From the NCBI GenBank assembly GCA_963839835.1, contig CAWIWO010000016.1:10573-74572 (forward strand): 64,000 nucleotides of DNA, read 5' to 3'. This DNA comes from an uncultured Actinomycetota bacterium (GTDB taxonomy: Bacteria; Actinomycetota; Actinomycetes; Propionibacteriales; Nocardioidaceae). A program made the position numbers and the translations under genes. The notes below the pieces were generated by a model, which was not told the DNA's origin, made no database searches, and saw nothing but the letters and a program-made list of their open reading frames with translations. How positions within the stretch are numbered: the first letter of the stretch is position 1; every line of letters starts with the position of its first letter. This document shows, piece after piece, positions 1 to 9,802 of the stretch.

Positions 1-800
<800 letters not shown>

Positions 801-810
801 TCGACGTAAG

Positions 811-970
811 CCCCCTCACCCGGCTCGGTAGAGATTTGCTCTACCGAGCCACCCTCTCCCACGAAGGGGAGAGGGAATGAGAACTCGCGGCGACACAGCG
901 GACTCCCACCCCTCTCCCTCGATGGGAGAGGGTGTCTCGCGGGGCCGCTCGCGAGACAGGTGAGGGTGAA
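811..970. repeat. Inverted pair of composite palindromic (REP/RIME-like) elements
   Basis: Unit 1 is CCCTCACC, the perfect hairpin GGCTCGGTAGAG/CTCTACCGAGCC (822-850), then CCCTCTCCC..GGGAGAGGG. Unit 2 is the same in reverse: CCCTCTCCC..GGGAGAGGG, hairpin TGTCTCGCG/CGCGAGACA, then GGTGAGGG. Confidence 0.8.
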
Positions 971-982
971 AGTCGGTGGGTC

Positions 983-1078
983 ATGGTTGAACGGGTGCTG
1001 GTCACGGATGCGGCGCTTGCGCTGATCGAGAAGCTCACGCGCACGCACGGGAAGCTGATGTTCCATCAGTCCGCCTAG
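983..1078 (+). pseudogene. DUF779 family protein, N-terminal fragment only
   Basis: Manual translation gives MVERVLVTDAALALIEKLTRTHGKLMFHQSA*. DUF779 normally follows aldB and continues MFHQSGGCCDG. Not in the ORF track. Confidence 0.8.
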
Positions 1079-1257
1079 ACACCCGTAAGCGGTTGGGTTG
1101 AAAGCAGAAATGCCTATCCAGCTGCGTAGCGGTTAGACCAGCCTTAGACCAGCTAAAGCCTGCCACGAGGCGGGTGGCAGACTGCCGCATTGACCCTAAG
1201 CGACCGAAGTGCGAACTCGCCCGGCTTCGGCCCTTCGGCCGAAGTTCACCGCGTGGT

Positions 1258-1281
1258 AGGGCTCCGTGTCGGAGCCCTTTT
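1258..1281 (+). terminator. Intrinsic terminator-like hairpin
   Basis: AGGGCTCCG-tgt-CGGAGCCCT followed by TTT; abuts the stop codon of the convergent ORF 1281..1463. Confidence 0.6.
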
Positions 1282-1463
1282 CAGCGGAACGCAGTCAGAG
1301 ACGCGAAGTGTGTTGTCGCCTCTTTCGTTGCTTGTAGTGACCACTGGTCGCTGTGCTGGACGAGCGAACCCGTCAGCGAGAATATTGATACCGCTCCGGC
1401 CAAAAGCCACGCCTCCAAAGGCAGGCGTGTCTTCAGCGGAAGACGGCGAAGCATCTTCAGCAT
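1281..1463 (-). CDS. Small hypothetical protein (60 aa) with one hydrophobic stretch
   Basis: RBS GAGGGAG upstream of the ATG; stop codon adjoins a hairpin; segment AWLLAGAVSIFSLTGSLV. Confidence 0.5.
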   Translation of the reverse strand: MLKMLRRLPLKTRLPLEAWLLAGAVSIFSLTGSLVQHSDQWSLQATKEATTHFASLTAFR

Positions 1464-1689
1464 GGTTGTTCTCCCTCGTGCTGTGTGCCGTCCCTGTCGT
1501 GGTGAAACGTGGTTAATGACGACAAGGTTCCCATCGCTGTCGTACCAAGCCGCGGTTCAACTCTCTGTGAGAAATCCCACTAGCAGGGTTCAATCCGCCC
1601 ACGGACCTTCTCGCGGTTGCCGCCGGCGCCAACTGGCCCCACGTTCGGAGTGCGGGTGCCGTGCCCGCGACAACGGAAAGGACAGAGCT

Positions 1690-1836
1690 ATGACCAAGCA
1701 GGAACTGATCGCCGCCGCGTTCGACAAGATGCGCGAAGCCCATGAGCTTCTCGCTGACGCAGGCGAGCACGACATGGCCGGCGCCGTGTTCGAGCTAGCC
1801 AACGAAGTGCATACCGTAAAGGGCGCCTCCGCCTAG
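1690..1836 (+). CDS. Small hypothetical helical protein (48 aa)
   Basis: GGAAAGGA RBS, then MTKQELIAAAFDKMREAHELLADAGEHDMAGAVFELANEVHTVKGASA*; protein-like composition. Confidence 0.55.
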   Translation: MTKQELIAAAFDKMREAHELLADAGEHDMAGAVFELANEVHTVKGASA

Positions 1837-1861
1837 CCGAGTGCCCTAGCAGAGGACGCCC

Positions 1862-1885
1862 CGGCGACTAGCAGCCGGGGCCCTT
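1862..1885. repeat. 24-bp direct repeat, copy 1 (within a hairpin)
   Basis: CGGCGACTAGCAGCCGGGGCCCTT, identical to 2173-2196; here it forms CCCCGGC-gactagca-GCCGGGG. Confidence 0.9.
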
Positions 1886-1890
1886 CTCTC

Positions 1891-2127
1891 TCAGCCGGAC
1901 CAGAAGAGAGCGAGCACGCCTGTGGCAGCGGCTATAGCTGAGAAGGCGAGGGTCCAAAGGGCAACGTGCCGGTCGGGTTTAGCGTAACGCTCTCGCAAGA
2001 TGCTCTTTATAGCGACCAGCTCGTCGAGGTCTGGTTGCTTGCTGGAGTTGAGACGGCGCTCCAGTTCCTCCGTGCTCTCTCTCTGTAACTTCTCCCTAAT
2101 GGCCTCACGTCTCTCCGGGCTGCTCAT
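1891..2127 (-). CDS. Hypothetical protein with C-terminal TM helix (78 aa)
   Basis: RBS GAGGAGGGGAG; charged helical N-terminus and hydrophobic C-terminus VALWTLAFSAIAAATGVLALFW. Confidence 0.65.
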   Translation of the reverse strand: MSSPERREAIREKLQRESTEELERRLNSSKQPDLDELVAIKSILRERYAKPDRHVALWTLAFSAIAAATGVLALFWSG

Positions 2128-2172
2128 TACCGCTCCCCTCCTCTAGGTCTAGCAGGTCCTGGCAGAGAAGGA

Positions 2173-2196
2173 CGGCGACTAGCAGCCGGGGCCCTT
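2173..2196. repeat. 24-bp direct repeat, copy 2
   Basis: CGGCGACTAGCAGCCGGGGCCCTT, identical to 1862-1885. Confidence 0.9.
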
Positions 2197-2202
2197 TCCA
2201 TT

Positions 2203-2896
2203 TCAAATAACGTCACCTTGAGAGTTTATGAATTCACACTTCTCCAGTTCCAACGTCGAGCCGCTAATCCTCGCGATTTGCACGGATATCTCTTGCTTTT
2301 TGACCTAAGTATCTTTGCCAACGTTCGGCTTGAAATGTCATAATAACGAGAGGTCCCCAATCTTCCATTCGATGGTCAAACGTTACAAGCATTCGGTGCT
2401 CCATTTCGGGATACGTCGTATAACGCGGGCTTGGACTTGTTACGTCCCCAAAGGGGCCAGAAAGCTCAATCCAGTTACCGACGTATTTCGCTGACAACTT
2501 GTCAGCCTCCGCGGTGGTGTGCTCGGAGTAGAGTTTTTTTAGACGCGCTGGCGCTACGCCAACCACTATTCGCCCATCCGGCAATTTACGTGAGGGCTTG
2601 GGCACTTCGGCAGTTGCTTTGACGATCTTTGCTGCGAGTTCGCCAGTAGAGGCGCGTAGGCTCCTAGCACTTCTAAAGTTCTTCAGTGCCATGTAAGCCG
2701 AGAACATCCCCGCGAGCACGCTCAAGACAGCGATAAAATTGTCAGCCCGTGGGTTGCGCATCCAGTCGGGGATTTCAGTCACCCCGAACGCCGCTGCCCA
2801 CGACGCGAGGTTAGACATTGCCGTATCCGCCGAGACTTGCGTCATTACGGCGATTACCGCGAAGATCCCGCTGATAATCCAAAAAACAGCGCGCAC
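2203..2896 (-). CDS. Membrane-anchored protein with probable C-terminal OB-fold (tRNA_anti-like), frameshifted near the 3' end
   Basis: GTG start with GAGGGGG RBS; two N-terminal hydrophobic segments; LKKLY..EADKLSAKYVGNWIELSG pattern; an alternate frame continues KQEISVQIARISGSTLELEKCEF to a stop at 2203. Confidence 0.55.
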
Positions 2897-3062
2897 AGTA
2901 GCCCCCTCGGCAACCCTGGGGACTTTAGTTCATCTGACTGCAAGCAGCAATTTAGGTGCTGGCGCTCGTCCGTCTCTGCCGTCGGCCTCGCGTCGGGTAT
3001 AGGTTCGCGAGGCATGGTCGGGCCCAGCTCTCGGGCCGACAGCGCCGTCCCCAGGAGGTCAC

Positions 3063-4649
3063 GTGACGCAGGGCAGCAGCGAGCACGACTACGTCGTGGT
3101 GGGCGGTGGAAGTGCCGGTGCAGTGCTGGCAGCGCGGCTCTCCGAGGACCCGAACGTGCGGGTGCTGCTGCTCGAGGCAGGTCCCGAGGCGGAGGCCGAC
3201 GAGATCTCCATCCCGGTGGCGTTCTCGGCGCTGTTCAAGACCAAGTGGGACTGGAACTACTCGACCACCGAGCAGAAGCAGCTGCACAGCCGCCGTGCCT
3301 ACTGGCCGCGGATGAAGGCCCTCGGCGGCTGCTCGTCGATGAACGCGATGATCTACATCCGCGGCAACCGCGCCGACTACGACGCCTGGCGCGACGACTT
3401 CGGCGCCACCGGCTGGGGGTACGACGACGTGCTGCCCTACTTCGTGCGGGCCGAGGGCAACACCCGGCTCGGCGGTCCCCTGCACGGGCAGGACGGGCCG
3501 TTGCACGTCGAGGACCGCGTCTACACCCACGAGCTCACCCACCTGTGGGTCGACAGCGCCGTCAGTGCCGGGATGAAGCCCACGGAGGACTTCAACGGAG
3601 CCGAGCAGGAGGGGGCCGGGCTCTACCAGGTCACCTGCAACCGCGGCCGACGCTGGTCGGTCAACGACGCCTACCTGGCACCGGCGCGCACGCGGCCCAA
3701 CCTCGACGTCGAGACAGGGGCCTTCGCGACGCGGATCGAGATCGAGGGCGACCGGGCCGTCGGGGTGACCTACCGGCGCGGTGGCAGTGAGGTCACGGCA
3801 CGTGCCGGTCGCGAGGTCCTGCTGTGCGGTGGCGCGGTGAACAGCCCGCAGCTGCTGATGCTCTCCGGCGTCGGGCCGGCGGCCCACCTGGGCGAGCACG
3901 GCATCGAGGTCAAGGCCGACCTCGCGGGCGTCGGTCAGCAGCTGCAGGACCACCCGGCGGTGCCGATGATCTGGTACACCCGCGGCATCTCGGACCTCGC
4001 CGAGTTCAACAACCTGCGCAGCCTGGTCCGCTGGAAGGTCAGGGGCACCGGGCCGCTCGCCTCCAACGTCGGCGAGGGCGGTGGCTTCCTCAAGACGCGC
4101 GACGACCTGGCTGCCCCGGACATGCAGTACCACGTGGCACCGGCCGGGTTCTACGACAACGGGCTCCACGAGCCGACGCAGCGGATGTTCACCGCCGCCC
4201 CGACGCTGGTCGGGGTGCGCAGCCGGGGATCACTGCGGTTGCGGTCCGCCGACCCGTCCTGGAGCCCGGCGATCGACGCGGCGTACTTCGACGACGGCGC
4301 CGACCTCGACGCGATGGTCGCCGGGATGCGCCGGTTGTGGGAGATCTGCGCCCAGGGCCCCCTCGCGCGCCACCTCGAGCGGCCGTGGCAGCTGCCCGAG
4401 GACCCCACCGACGAGGACTTCGTGGAGCACGCCCGCAACCAGGCCCAGACGCTCTACCACCCGGTCGCGACGTGCTCGATGGGCTCGGGCGAGGACGCCG
4501 TGGTCGACCCCGAGCTGCGGGTCCGCGGCGTGGACGGCCTCCGGGTCGTGGACGCCTCGGTGATGCCGGTCGTGCCCCGCGGCAACACCAACGCACCCAC
4601 CATCATGGTCGCTGAGAAGGCGGCCGACCTGATCAGGAGCTCGCGATGA
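3063..4649 (+). CDS. GMC family oxidoreductase (choline dehydrogenase-like)
   Basis: DYVVVGGGSAG, LGGCSSMNAMIYIRG, LQDHP, YHPVATC, GNTNAPTIMVAEK. Confidence 0.95.
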   Translation: MTQGSSEHDYVVVGGGSAGAVLAARLSEDPNVRVLLLEAGPEAEADEISIPVAFSALFKTKWDWNYSTTEQKQLHSRRAYWPRMKALGGCSSMNAMIYIRGNRADYDAWRDDFGATGWGYDDVLPYFVRAEGNTRLGGPLHGQDGPLHVEDRVYTHELTHLWVDSAVSAGMKPTEDFNGAEQEGAGLYQVTCNRGRRWSVNDAYLAPARTRPNLDVETGAFATRIEIEGDRAVGVTYRRGGSEVTARAGREVLLCGGAVNSPQLLMLSGVGPAAHLGEHGIEVKADLAGVGQQLQDHPAVPMIWYTRGISDLAEFNNLRSLVRWKVRGTGPLASNVGEGGGFLKTRDDLAAPDMQYHVAPAGFYDNGLHEPTQRMFTAAPTLVGVRSRGSLRLRSADPSWSPAIDAAYFDDGADLDAMVAGMRRLWEICAQGPLARHLERPWQLPEDPTDEDFVEHARNQAQTLYHPVATCSMGSGEDAVVDPELRVRGVDGLRVVDASVMPVVPRGNTNAPTIMVAEKAADLIRSSR

Positions 4650-6151
4650 CTCTGACCGACCTGCCGCTGACCGAGGCCGCACAGACCTTCGACTCGCTCA
4701 GCCCGAGCACGGGCGACGTCGTCGGCACCTACCCGGTGCACTCCCCGGAGGACGTGGAGGCCGCGGTCCTGCGGGCCCACGAGGCGGCCGCGTGGTGGGC
4801 CGGGCTGTCCTTCGACGAGCGCGGAGAGCGGCTGAGCGCCTGGAAGGGCGTGATCACCCGCCGGATCGCCCAGCTGGCCGACGTCGTGCACCGCGAGACC
4901 GGCAAGCCGCACAGCGACGCGACCCTGGAGGCCGGGCTGGCGCTCGACCACATCGCGTGGGCGGCGAAGAACGCCGAGAAGGTGCTCAAGCGGCGCAAGC
5001 GGTCCTCGGGCCTGGTGATGGCGAACATGGCCGCCACGGTCGAGTACAAGCCGCTCGGCGTGATCGGCGTGATCGGGCCGTGGAACTACCCCGTCTACAC
5101 GCCGATGGGCTCGATCGTCTACGCGCTGGCCGCCGGCAACGCCGTGGTGTTCAAGCCCAGCGAGCTCACTCCCGGCGTCGGGGTCTGGCTGGCCAACGCC
5201 TTCGCCGAGGTGGTGCCGGAGCATCCTGTCCTCCAGGTGGTGACCGGCCTGGGGGAGACCGGCGCCGCGCTGTGCCGCGCGGGGGTGAACAAGCTCGCCT
5301 TCACTGGTTCCACCGACACCGGCAAGAAGGTGATGGCCGCCTGCGCGGAGACCCTGACGCCGGTGCTGATCGAGGCAGGCGGGAAGGACCCGTTCCTCGT
5401 CGACGAGGACGCCGACGTCGAGGCGGCAGCCGAGGCGGCCCTGTGGGGTGGCTGCTCCAACGCCGGCCAGACCTGCATCGGGGTGGAGCGCGTCTACGTG
5501 CACGAGCGTGTCTACGACGAGTTCGTCTCCCTGCTGCTCGAGAAGGCGCGCGAGGTCAAGGCCGAGGAGACGGGCAAGATCGGCCCGATGACGATGCCTG
5601 GGCAGCTCGGCGTGATCAAGTCCCACATCGACGACGCGCTGGCGCGTGGCGGCCGCGCGCTGCTCGGTGGTCCCGAGGCGGTGGGGGAGCGCTACGTGCA
5701 GCCGACCATCCTGGTCGACGTGCCCGAGGACTCCGAGGCGGTGCAGGAGGAGACCTTCGGCCCGACCCTGACCGTCGCCAAGGTCCGCGACATGGACGAG
5801 GGGGTACGGCTGGCCAACGCCACCCGCTACGGCCTGGGCTCGACCGTCTTCGCCAAGGAGCGGGCGATGGACATCGCCGCGAGGATCCGTTCCGGCATGA
5901 CGTCGGTCAACTCGGTGATCGCCTTCGCCGCCATCCCGACGCTGCCGTTCGGAGGCGTCGGCGACTCCGGCTTCGGGCGGATCCACGGGCCTGACGGCCT
6001 CAAGGAGTTCACCTACGCCAAGGCGATCGCGCGCCAGCGGTTCAAGCCGGCGCTGGCGCTGACCACGTTCCGTCGTACCGAGAAGGCCGATCAGCAGCTC
6101 GCCCAGATGCTGACGTTGCTGCACGGTCGTGGCACCACCCTCGAGAAGTAG
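4646..6151 (+). CDS. Aldehyde dehydrogenase family protein
   Basis: PWNYP, FTGS, IEAGGKDP, NAGQTCIG, EETFGP, PFGGVGDSGFG; ATGA overlap with the GMC gene. Confidence 0.95.
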   Translation: MTLTDLPLTEAAQTFDSLSPSTGDVVGTYPVHSPEDVEAAVLRAHEAAAWWAGLSFDERGERLSAWKGVITRRIAQLADVVHRETGKPHSDATLEAGLALDHIAWAAKNAEKVLKRRKRSSGLVMANMAATVEYKPLGVIGVIGPWNYPVYTPMGSIVYALAAGNAVVFKPSELTPGVGVWLANAFAEVVPEHPVLQVVTGLGETGAALCRAGVNKLAFTGSTDTGKKVMAACAETLTPVLIEAGGKDPFLVDEDADVEAAAEAALWGGCSNAGQTCIGVERVYVHERVYDEFVSLLLEKAREVKAEETGKIGPMTMPGQLGVIKSHIDDALARGGRALLGGPEAVGERYVQPTILVDVPEDSEAVQEETFGPTLTVAKVRDMDEGVRLANATRYGLGSTVFAKERAMDIAARIRSGMTSVNSVIAFAAIPTLPFGGVGDSGFGRIHGPDGLKEFTYAKAIARQRFKPALALTTFRRTEKADQQLAQMLTLLHGRGTTLEK

Positions 6152-6188
6152 CCACCCCGGCGGGGCGGCCCGACGGGGCGCCCAGTGG

Positions 6189-7304
6189 GTGAGTGCCGGC
6201 GCGCCCCACTTCGAGCTCGCCGTGGAGCGCGGCCGTACGTCGCTGCGGCAGCGCCTGGCGCGGCTGCGTTCGAAGGCGTGGCAGGTCGGCCAGTGCGCGA
6301 TCGCGGCCGGCGTGGCGTGGACCGTGGCGACCGACGTCTTCGACCACCAGCGGGCGTTCTTCGCGCCGGTGGCGGCGGTGGTCAGCCTCGGCACGTCCTA
6401 CGGCCAGCGGCTGCGGCGGGTGGGGGAGGTGACCATCGGGGTGGCCGTAGGGGTCGCGCTCGGCGACATGCTCACCCGTTGGCTCGGCACTGGCGGCTGG
6501 CAGGTCGCCCTGATCGTCTCGCTCGCGATGGCCTTCGCCCTGTTGCTCGACACGGGCGCCATCTTCGTGACCCAGGCGGCGGTTCAGGCCGTCGTGGTCG
6601 CGACACTGCTGCCCTACCCAGGCGCGGCGTTCTCTCGCTGGACCGATGCGCTGATCGGTGGTGGCGTCGCCCTCGTGGCCGCCGCCGTCGTTCCGCGGGC
6701 GCCGCTCCGACGCCCGCGCGAGCAGGCAGCCGGGGTGGTGCGCAAGATCGCCGAGCTGCTGCGTGCGGCAGCGGCGAGCATCCGTGACGGTGACCTCGAG
6801 CGGGCGCTGGCCGTGCTGCGCGACGCCCGCACCACGGATCCGCTGGTGGGTGAGCTGCGGGCGGCCGCCGACGAGGGTCTCTCGGTGGTGGCGTCGTCAC
6901 CGTTCCGCGTGCGCCATCGCGGCCGGGTGCGCGCGATGGCCGATCTGGTCGAGCCGCTGGACTTCGCCCTGCGCAACACCCGGGTGCTCGTGCGGCGGGT
7001 CGCGGTGGCCTGCTACCGCCACGAACGCATCCCCGACGCGCACGCCGACCTGCTGGTGGAGCTCGCCGAGTGCGCCGACGCCATCGCCGACGAGCTGGTG
7101 GCGGACCGGCAGGCGAGCGCCGTACGTGACCGGTTGATCGCTGTGGGTCAGAGCTCCTCGGCCATCGAGCGGAGCACCCAGCTGTCGGCGGAGGTGGTGC
7201 TGGCCCAGGCGCGCTCGCTGGTGGCCGACCTGCTCGCGGTCAGTGGCATGGACCCTCTAGCCGCCACCGACGAGATCCCTCCGCTCGAGGGGGAGCCCTC
7301 CTAG
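6189..7304 (+). CDS. FUSC/aromatic acid exporter family membrane protein
   Basis: Q-x-AIAAGVAW and FFAPVAAVVSLG..GQRLRR motifs; N-terminal TM bundle and helical C-terminus. Confidence 0.8.
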   Translation: MSAGAPHFELAVERGRTSLRQRLARLRSKAWQVGQCAIAAGVAWTVATDVFDHQRAFFAPVAAVVSLGTSYGQRLRRVGEVTIGVAVGVALGDMLTRWLGTGGWQVALIVSLAMAFALLLDTGAIFVTQAAVQAVVVATLLPYPGAAFSRWTDALIGGGVALVAAAVVPRAPLRRPREQAAGVVRKIAELLRAAAASIRDGDLERALAVLRDARTTDPLVGELRAAADEGLSVVASSPFRVRHRGRVRAMADLVEPLDFALRNTRVLVRRVAVACYRHERIPDAHADLLVELAECADAIADELVADRQASAVRDRLIAVGQSSSAIERSTQLSAEVVLAQARSLVADLLAVSGMDPLAATDEIPPLEGEPS

Positions 7305-8422
7305 AGCTCGCGCACCACCGAGTCGACCACGGCCACGAGGTCGCCGCCGGTGCGCTCGGCGACCGCACGCTGGCGTTGGTACGACGCACCCCGGCGAGGG
7401 ATCTCGCGGACCAGGGCGAGCTCGTCGGTGCAGCCGAGCTGGTCGGCAATGGGCTCGAGGTGCTCGAGGAGGTCGGCGAGGTCGTCGAGGAGCAGCCGCT
7501 CGTTGGAGTGCTCGTCGAGGATGATCCAGGCGTCCAGGCCGTAGCGGGCGGCACGCCACTTGTTCTCCTGCACGTGCCACGGCGGCATGCCGGGCAGCTT
7601 CTCGCCGCGCTCCAGCCGCTGGGAGAGGTCGACGACGAGGCAGTGGGTCAGCGCGACCAGTGCCCGCATCTCGTCCAGGGTGGAGACCCCGTCGCAGACC
7701 CGGATCTCGACGGTGCCCAGGTGCGGGGCCGGCCGGACGTCCCAGCGGATCTCGTCGATCTGGTCGATCACGCCGGTGGTCTGCAGGTCGTGGGCGTACT
7801 GCTCGAACTCCGCCCAGGTGCCGAACTGGAACGGCAGCCCTGCGGTGGGCAGCTGCTGGAACATCATCGCCCGGGTGCTGGCGTAGCCGGTGTCGGTGCC
7901 CGCCCAGATCGGTGAGGAGGCGGAGAGGGCCTGCAGGTGCGGGTACCAGGTGAGCAGGGAGCTGACGATCGGGATCACGTGCTCGCGCCGCACGCCGACG
8001 TGCACGTGCACCCCCCAGATCAGCATCTGCCGGCCCCACCACTGGGTCCTTGCGATCAGCTCCTCGTAGCGGTGCCCGGGAGTGAGCAGCTGGTGGGACC
8101 ACTCGGCGAAGGGGTGGGTCCCGGCGCAGTAGAGGTCGACACCGAGCTGGTCGGCCATCGGGCGCACCATCGAGACCATCTCCGCGAGCTGGTCGACCGC
8201 CTCGGCCGTCGTACGGCACACCCCGGTCGTCAGCTCGACGGTGTTGCGCAGCAGCTCCTTGTGCACCCGCGGCTGCTCGCCGTGCTCGGCCGAGACGAGG
8301 TCGAAGAGCTCCGAGGCGGCGTTGACGAGGTCGCGGCTCTGCTTGTCGACGAGCGCGAACTCCCACTCCACGCCGAGGGTCGCGGGCGGGGACTCCGCGA
8401 ACTCGATCGGTCCCGACGACAT
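7301..8422 (-). CDS. Glutamate--cysteine ligase-like carboxylate-amine ligase (YbdK/GCS2)
   Basis: TLGVEWEFALVD, ELLRNTVE, AGTHPF, GVHVHVG, RWDVRP, GTVEIRVCD, ENKWRAARYG. Confidence 0.93.
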   Translation of the reverse strand: MSSGPIEFAESPPATLGVEWEFALVDKQSRDLVNAASELFDLVSAEHGEQPRVHKELLRNTVELTTGVCRTTAEAVDQLAEMVSMVRPMADQLGVDLYCAGTHPFAEWSHQLLTPGHRYEELIARTQWWGRQMLIWGVHVHVGVRREHVIPIVSSLLTWYPHLQALSASSPIWAGTDTGYASTRAMMFQQLPTAGLPFQFGTWAEFEQYAHDLQTTGVIDQIDEIRWDVRPAPHLGTVEIRVCDGVSTLDEMRALVALTHCLVVDLSQRLERGEKLPGMPPWHVQENKWRAARYGLDAWIILDEHSNERLLLDDLADLLEHLEPIADQLGCTDELALVREIPRRGASYQRQRAVAERTGGDLVAVVDSVVREL

Positions 8423-8466
8423 GGGTCGATCGTCGCACCCACGAGGGCTGTTCGAACGCGCAGCCT

Positions 8467-9685
8467 CTAGTAGGCCTGGCCGCCGATCCTGTCGACGGTG
8501 AGGACCGCACCCAGCTTCGAGCCGTGGACGGTCACCGGCGCGCCCGCCGCGACGAGCCCGTCGAGCTCCTGGCGGTTGGTCTCGGTGGTGCCGTCGCCGT
8601 CGTAGTCGGCCGTGGCGGTGTCGTCCATCCGACCGGTGCCGAGGTCGAGCGTGAGGTCGTCGAGGGTGTAGCCGCCCGCGCCCGGCAACGCCCTGAGGGT
8701 GCCGGTGAAGCTCCCGACCTGCGCGGTCGGCGTCGGCGTCGGCGTGGGAACCGGTGGCGTCGGCTTGGTGCTGGGCTTCGGCGTGACGGAGGGAGTCGCC
8801 GGCTTCGGGGCCACCGTCACGTGCGGCGTCGGCTTGGCCTTCTTGACCGCCTTCTTGACCGTCTTCTTCGCAGGCGGCGGGGGCGGGGAAGGTACGGCGA
8901 AGACTCCGGTGGTGTAGCCGTTCTGGAAGGAGAGGACCAGCTGCACGTAGTAGTCGGAGTGGTTGTAGCGGAACGCCGCCCGCGCCATCCCCGTCGGGTT
9001 CGCCAGGCTGCCGCCGGCACCGCACAGGTAGACCGCTGCGCCGAGCGCGGCGTCGTCGATGTCGTTGGGGTCCTTCGTGCCGTTGCCGTCGCCGTCACGC
9101 GCGATGGAGCGCCAGGTGCCGGGCAGGAACTGCATCTGCCCGACCGCACGGTCCCAGACCTTGTCGCCGTCCATCACGCCGTTGTCGGAGTCCGAGATCG
9201 CCGCGAAGGCGCCGGCGCCGTCGAGCTGAGGTCCGCGGATCGCCGGCCGGGAGACCCCGTCGGCGCCGAGCTGGGCACCACCGAAGCGGCCGTGGTTGGA
9301 CTCCACCCGACCGATCGCGGCGAGCAGGGTCCAGGAGATCTGGCACCCGGGGTCGTCCTTGGCCATCGTCGCCGCGGCGTGGCGGTAGGCGGCCAAGCGC
9401 GGCCGAGGGGACGTCGTTGCTGCCGGTCGAGCTGATCTCGAAGAACTGCTGGTCGCTGCGCGTGCCCTTGGAGTCGGGGTGCTTCTCGGCGAGCGCGAGC
9501 AGGTAGGAGCCCGGCGTCACCGGCTGCGGGGTGGTCAGCTGCCAGAAGAAGCCGAGGCTGGTCGTCGACTCCTCGGTGGGTACGACGGAGCCATCCGAAG
9601 GGTCGACCACCGCTGCTGCAGGCGCGGCGAGCAGGGTGGTGGCAAAGATCAACAGCGTGGCGACGAGACGCCGGCGGCGGGTCAT
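8467..9685 (-). CDS. Secreted lytic transglycosylase (SLT_2/MltB-like), frameshift near 9395
   Basis: Signal peptide MTRRRRLVATLLIF..AAA; LAAIGRVESNHG, AVGQMQFLPGTW, YNHSDYY; Pro/Thr/Lys linker. Confidence 0.85.
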
Positions 9686-9802
9686 GAACGGCCTTCGAGA
9701 GTGGTACGGGCGGGGTGGTGTTGGCACTCCCACCAGCCTAGGCACGAGCGGGAAGACGCGTGCAAGAATCGGACAATTCACTTCCAGCCGCAAATCGGTC
9801 CG

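Larger units (their letters stand above)
1073..2950. mobile_element. End of a putative integrated element/island (no integrase in window)
   Basis: Begins where DUF779 homology stops; visibly lower GC; tandem TTAGACCAGC repeats (1133-1142, 1144-1153); orphan ORFs; internal 24-bp direct repeats. Confidence 0.5.

Noticed and set aside
1174-1836. 220-aa ORF in the island
   Set aside because: Only the last 48 codons have an RBS and protein-like composition; the rest overlaps hairpins and an opposite-strand gene
1862-2196. 24-bp direct repeats as a CRISPR array
   Set aside because: Only two copies, 287 bp apart with a gene between them, and no cas genes
8720-8890. Short tandem GGCGTC and CTTCTTGACC repeats
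   Set aside because: They encode the Pro/Thr/Lys linker of the transglycosylase
9686-9800. c-di-AMP riboswitch upstream of the lytic transglycosylase
   Set aside because: Leader too short and no recognisable ydaO consensus by eye; an Rfam scan would settle it
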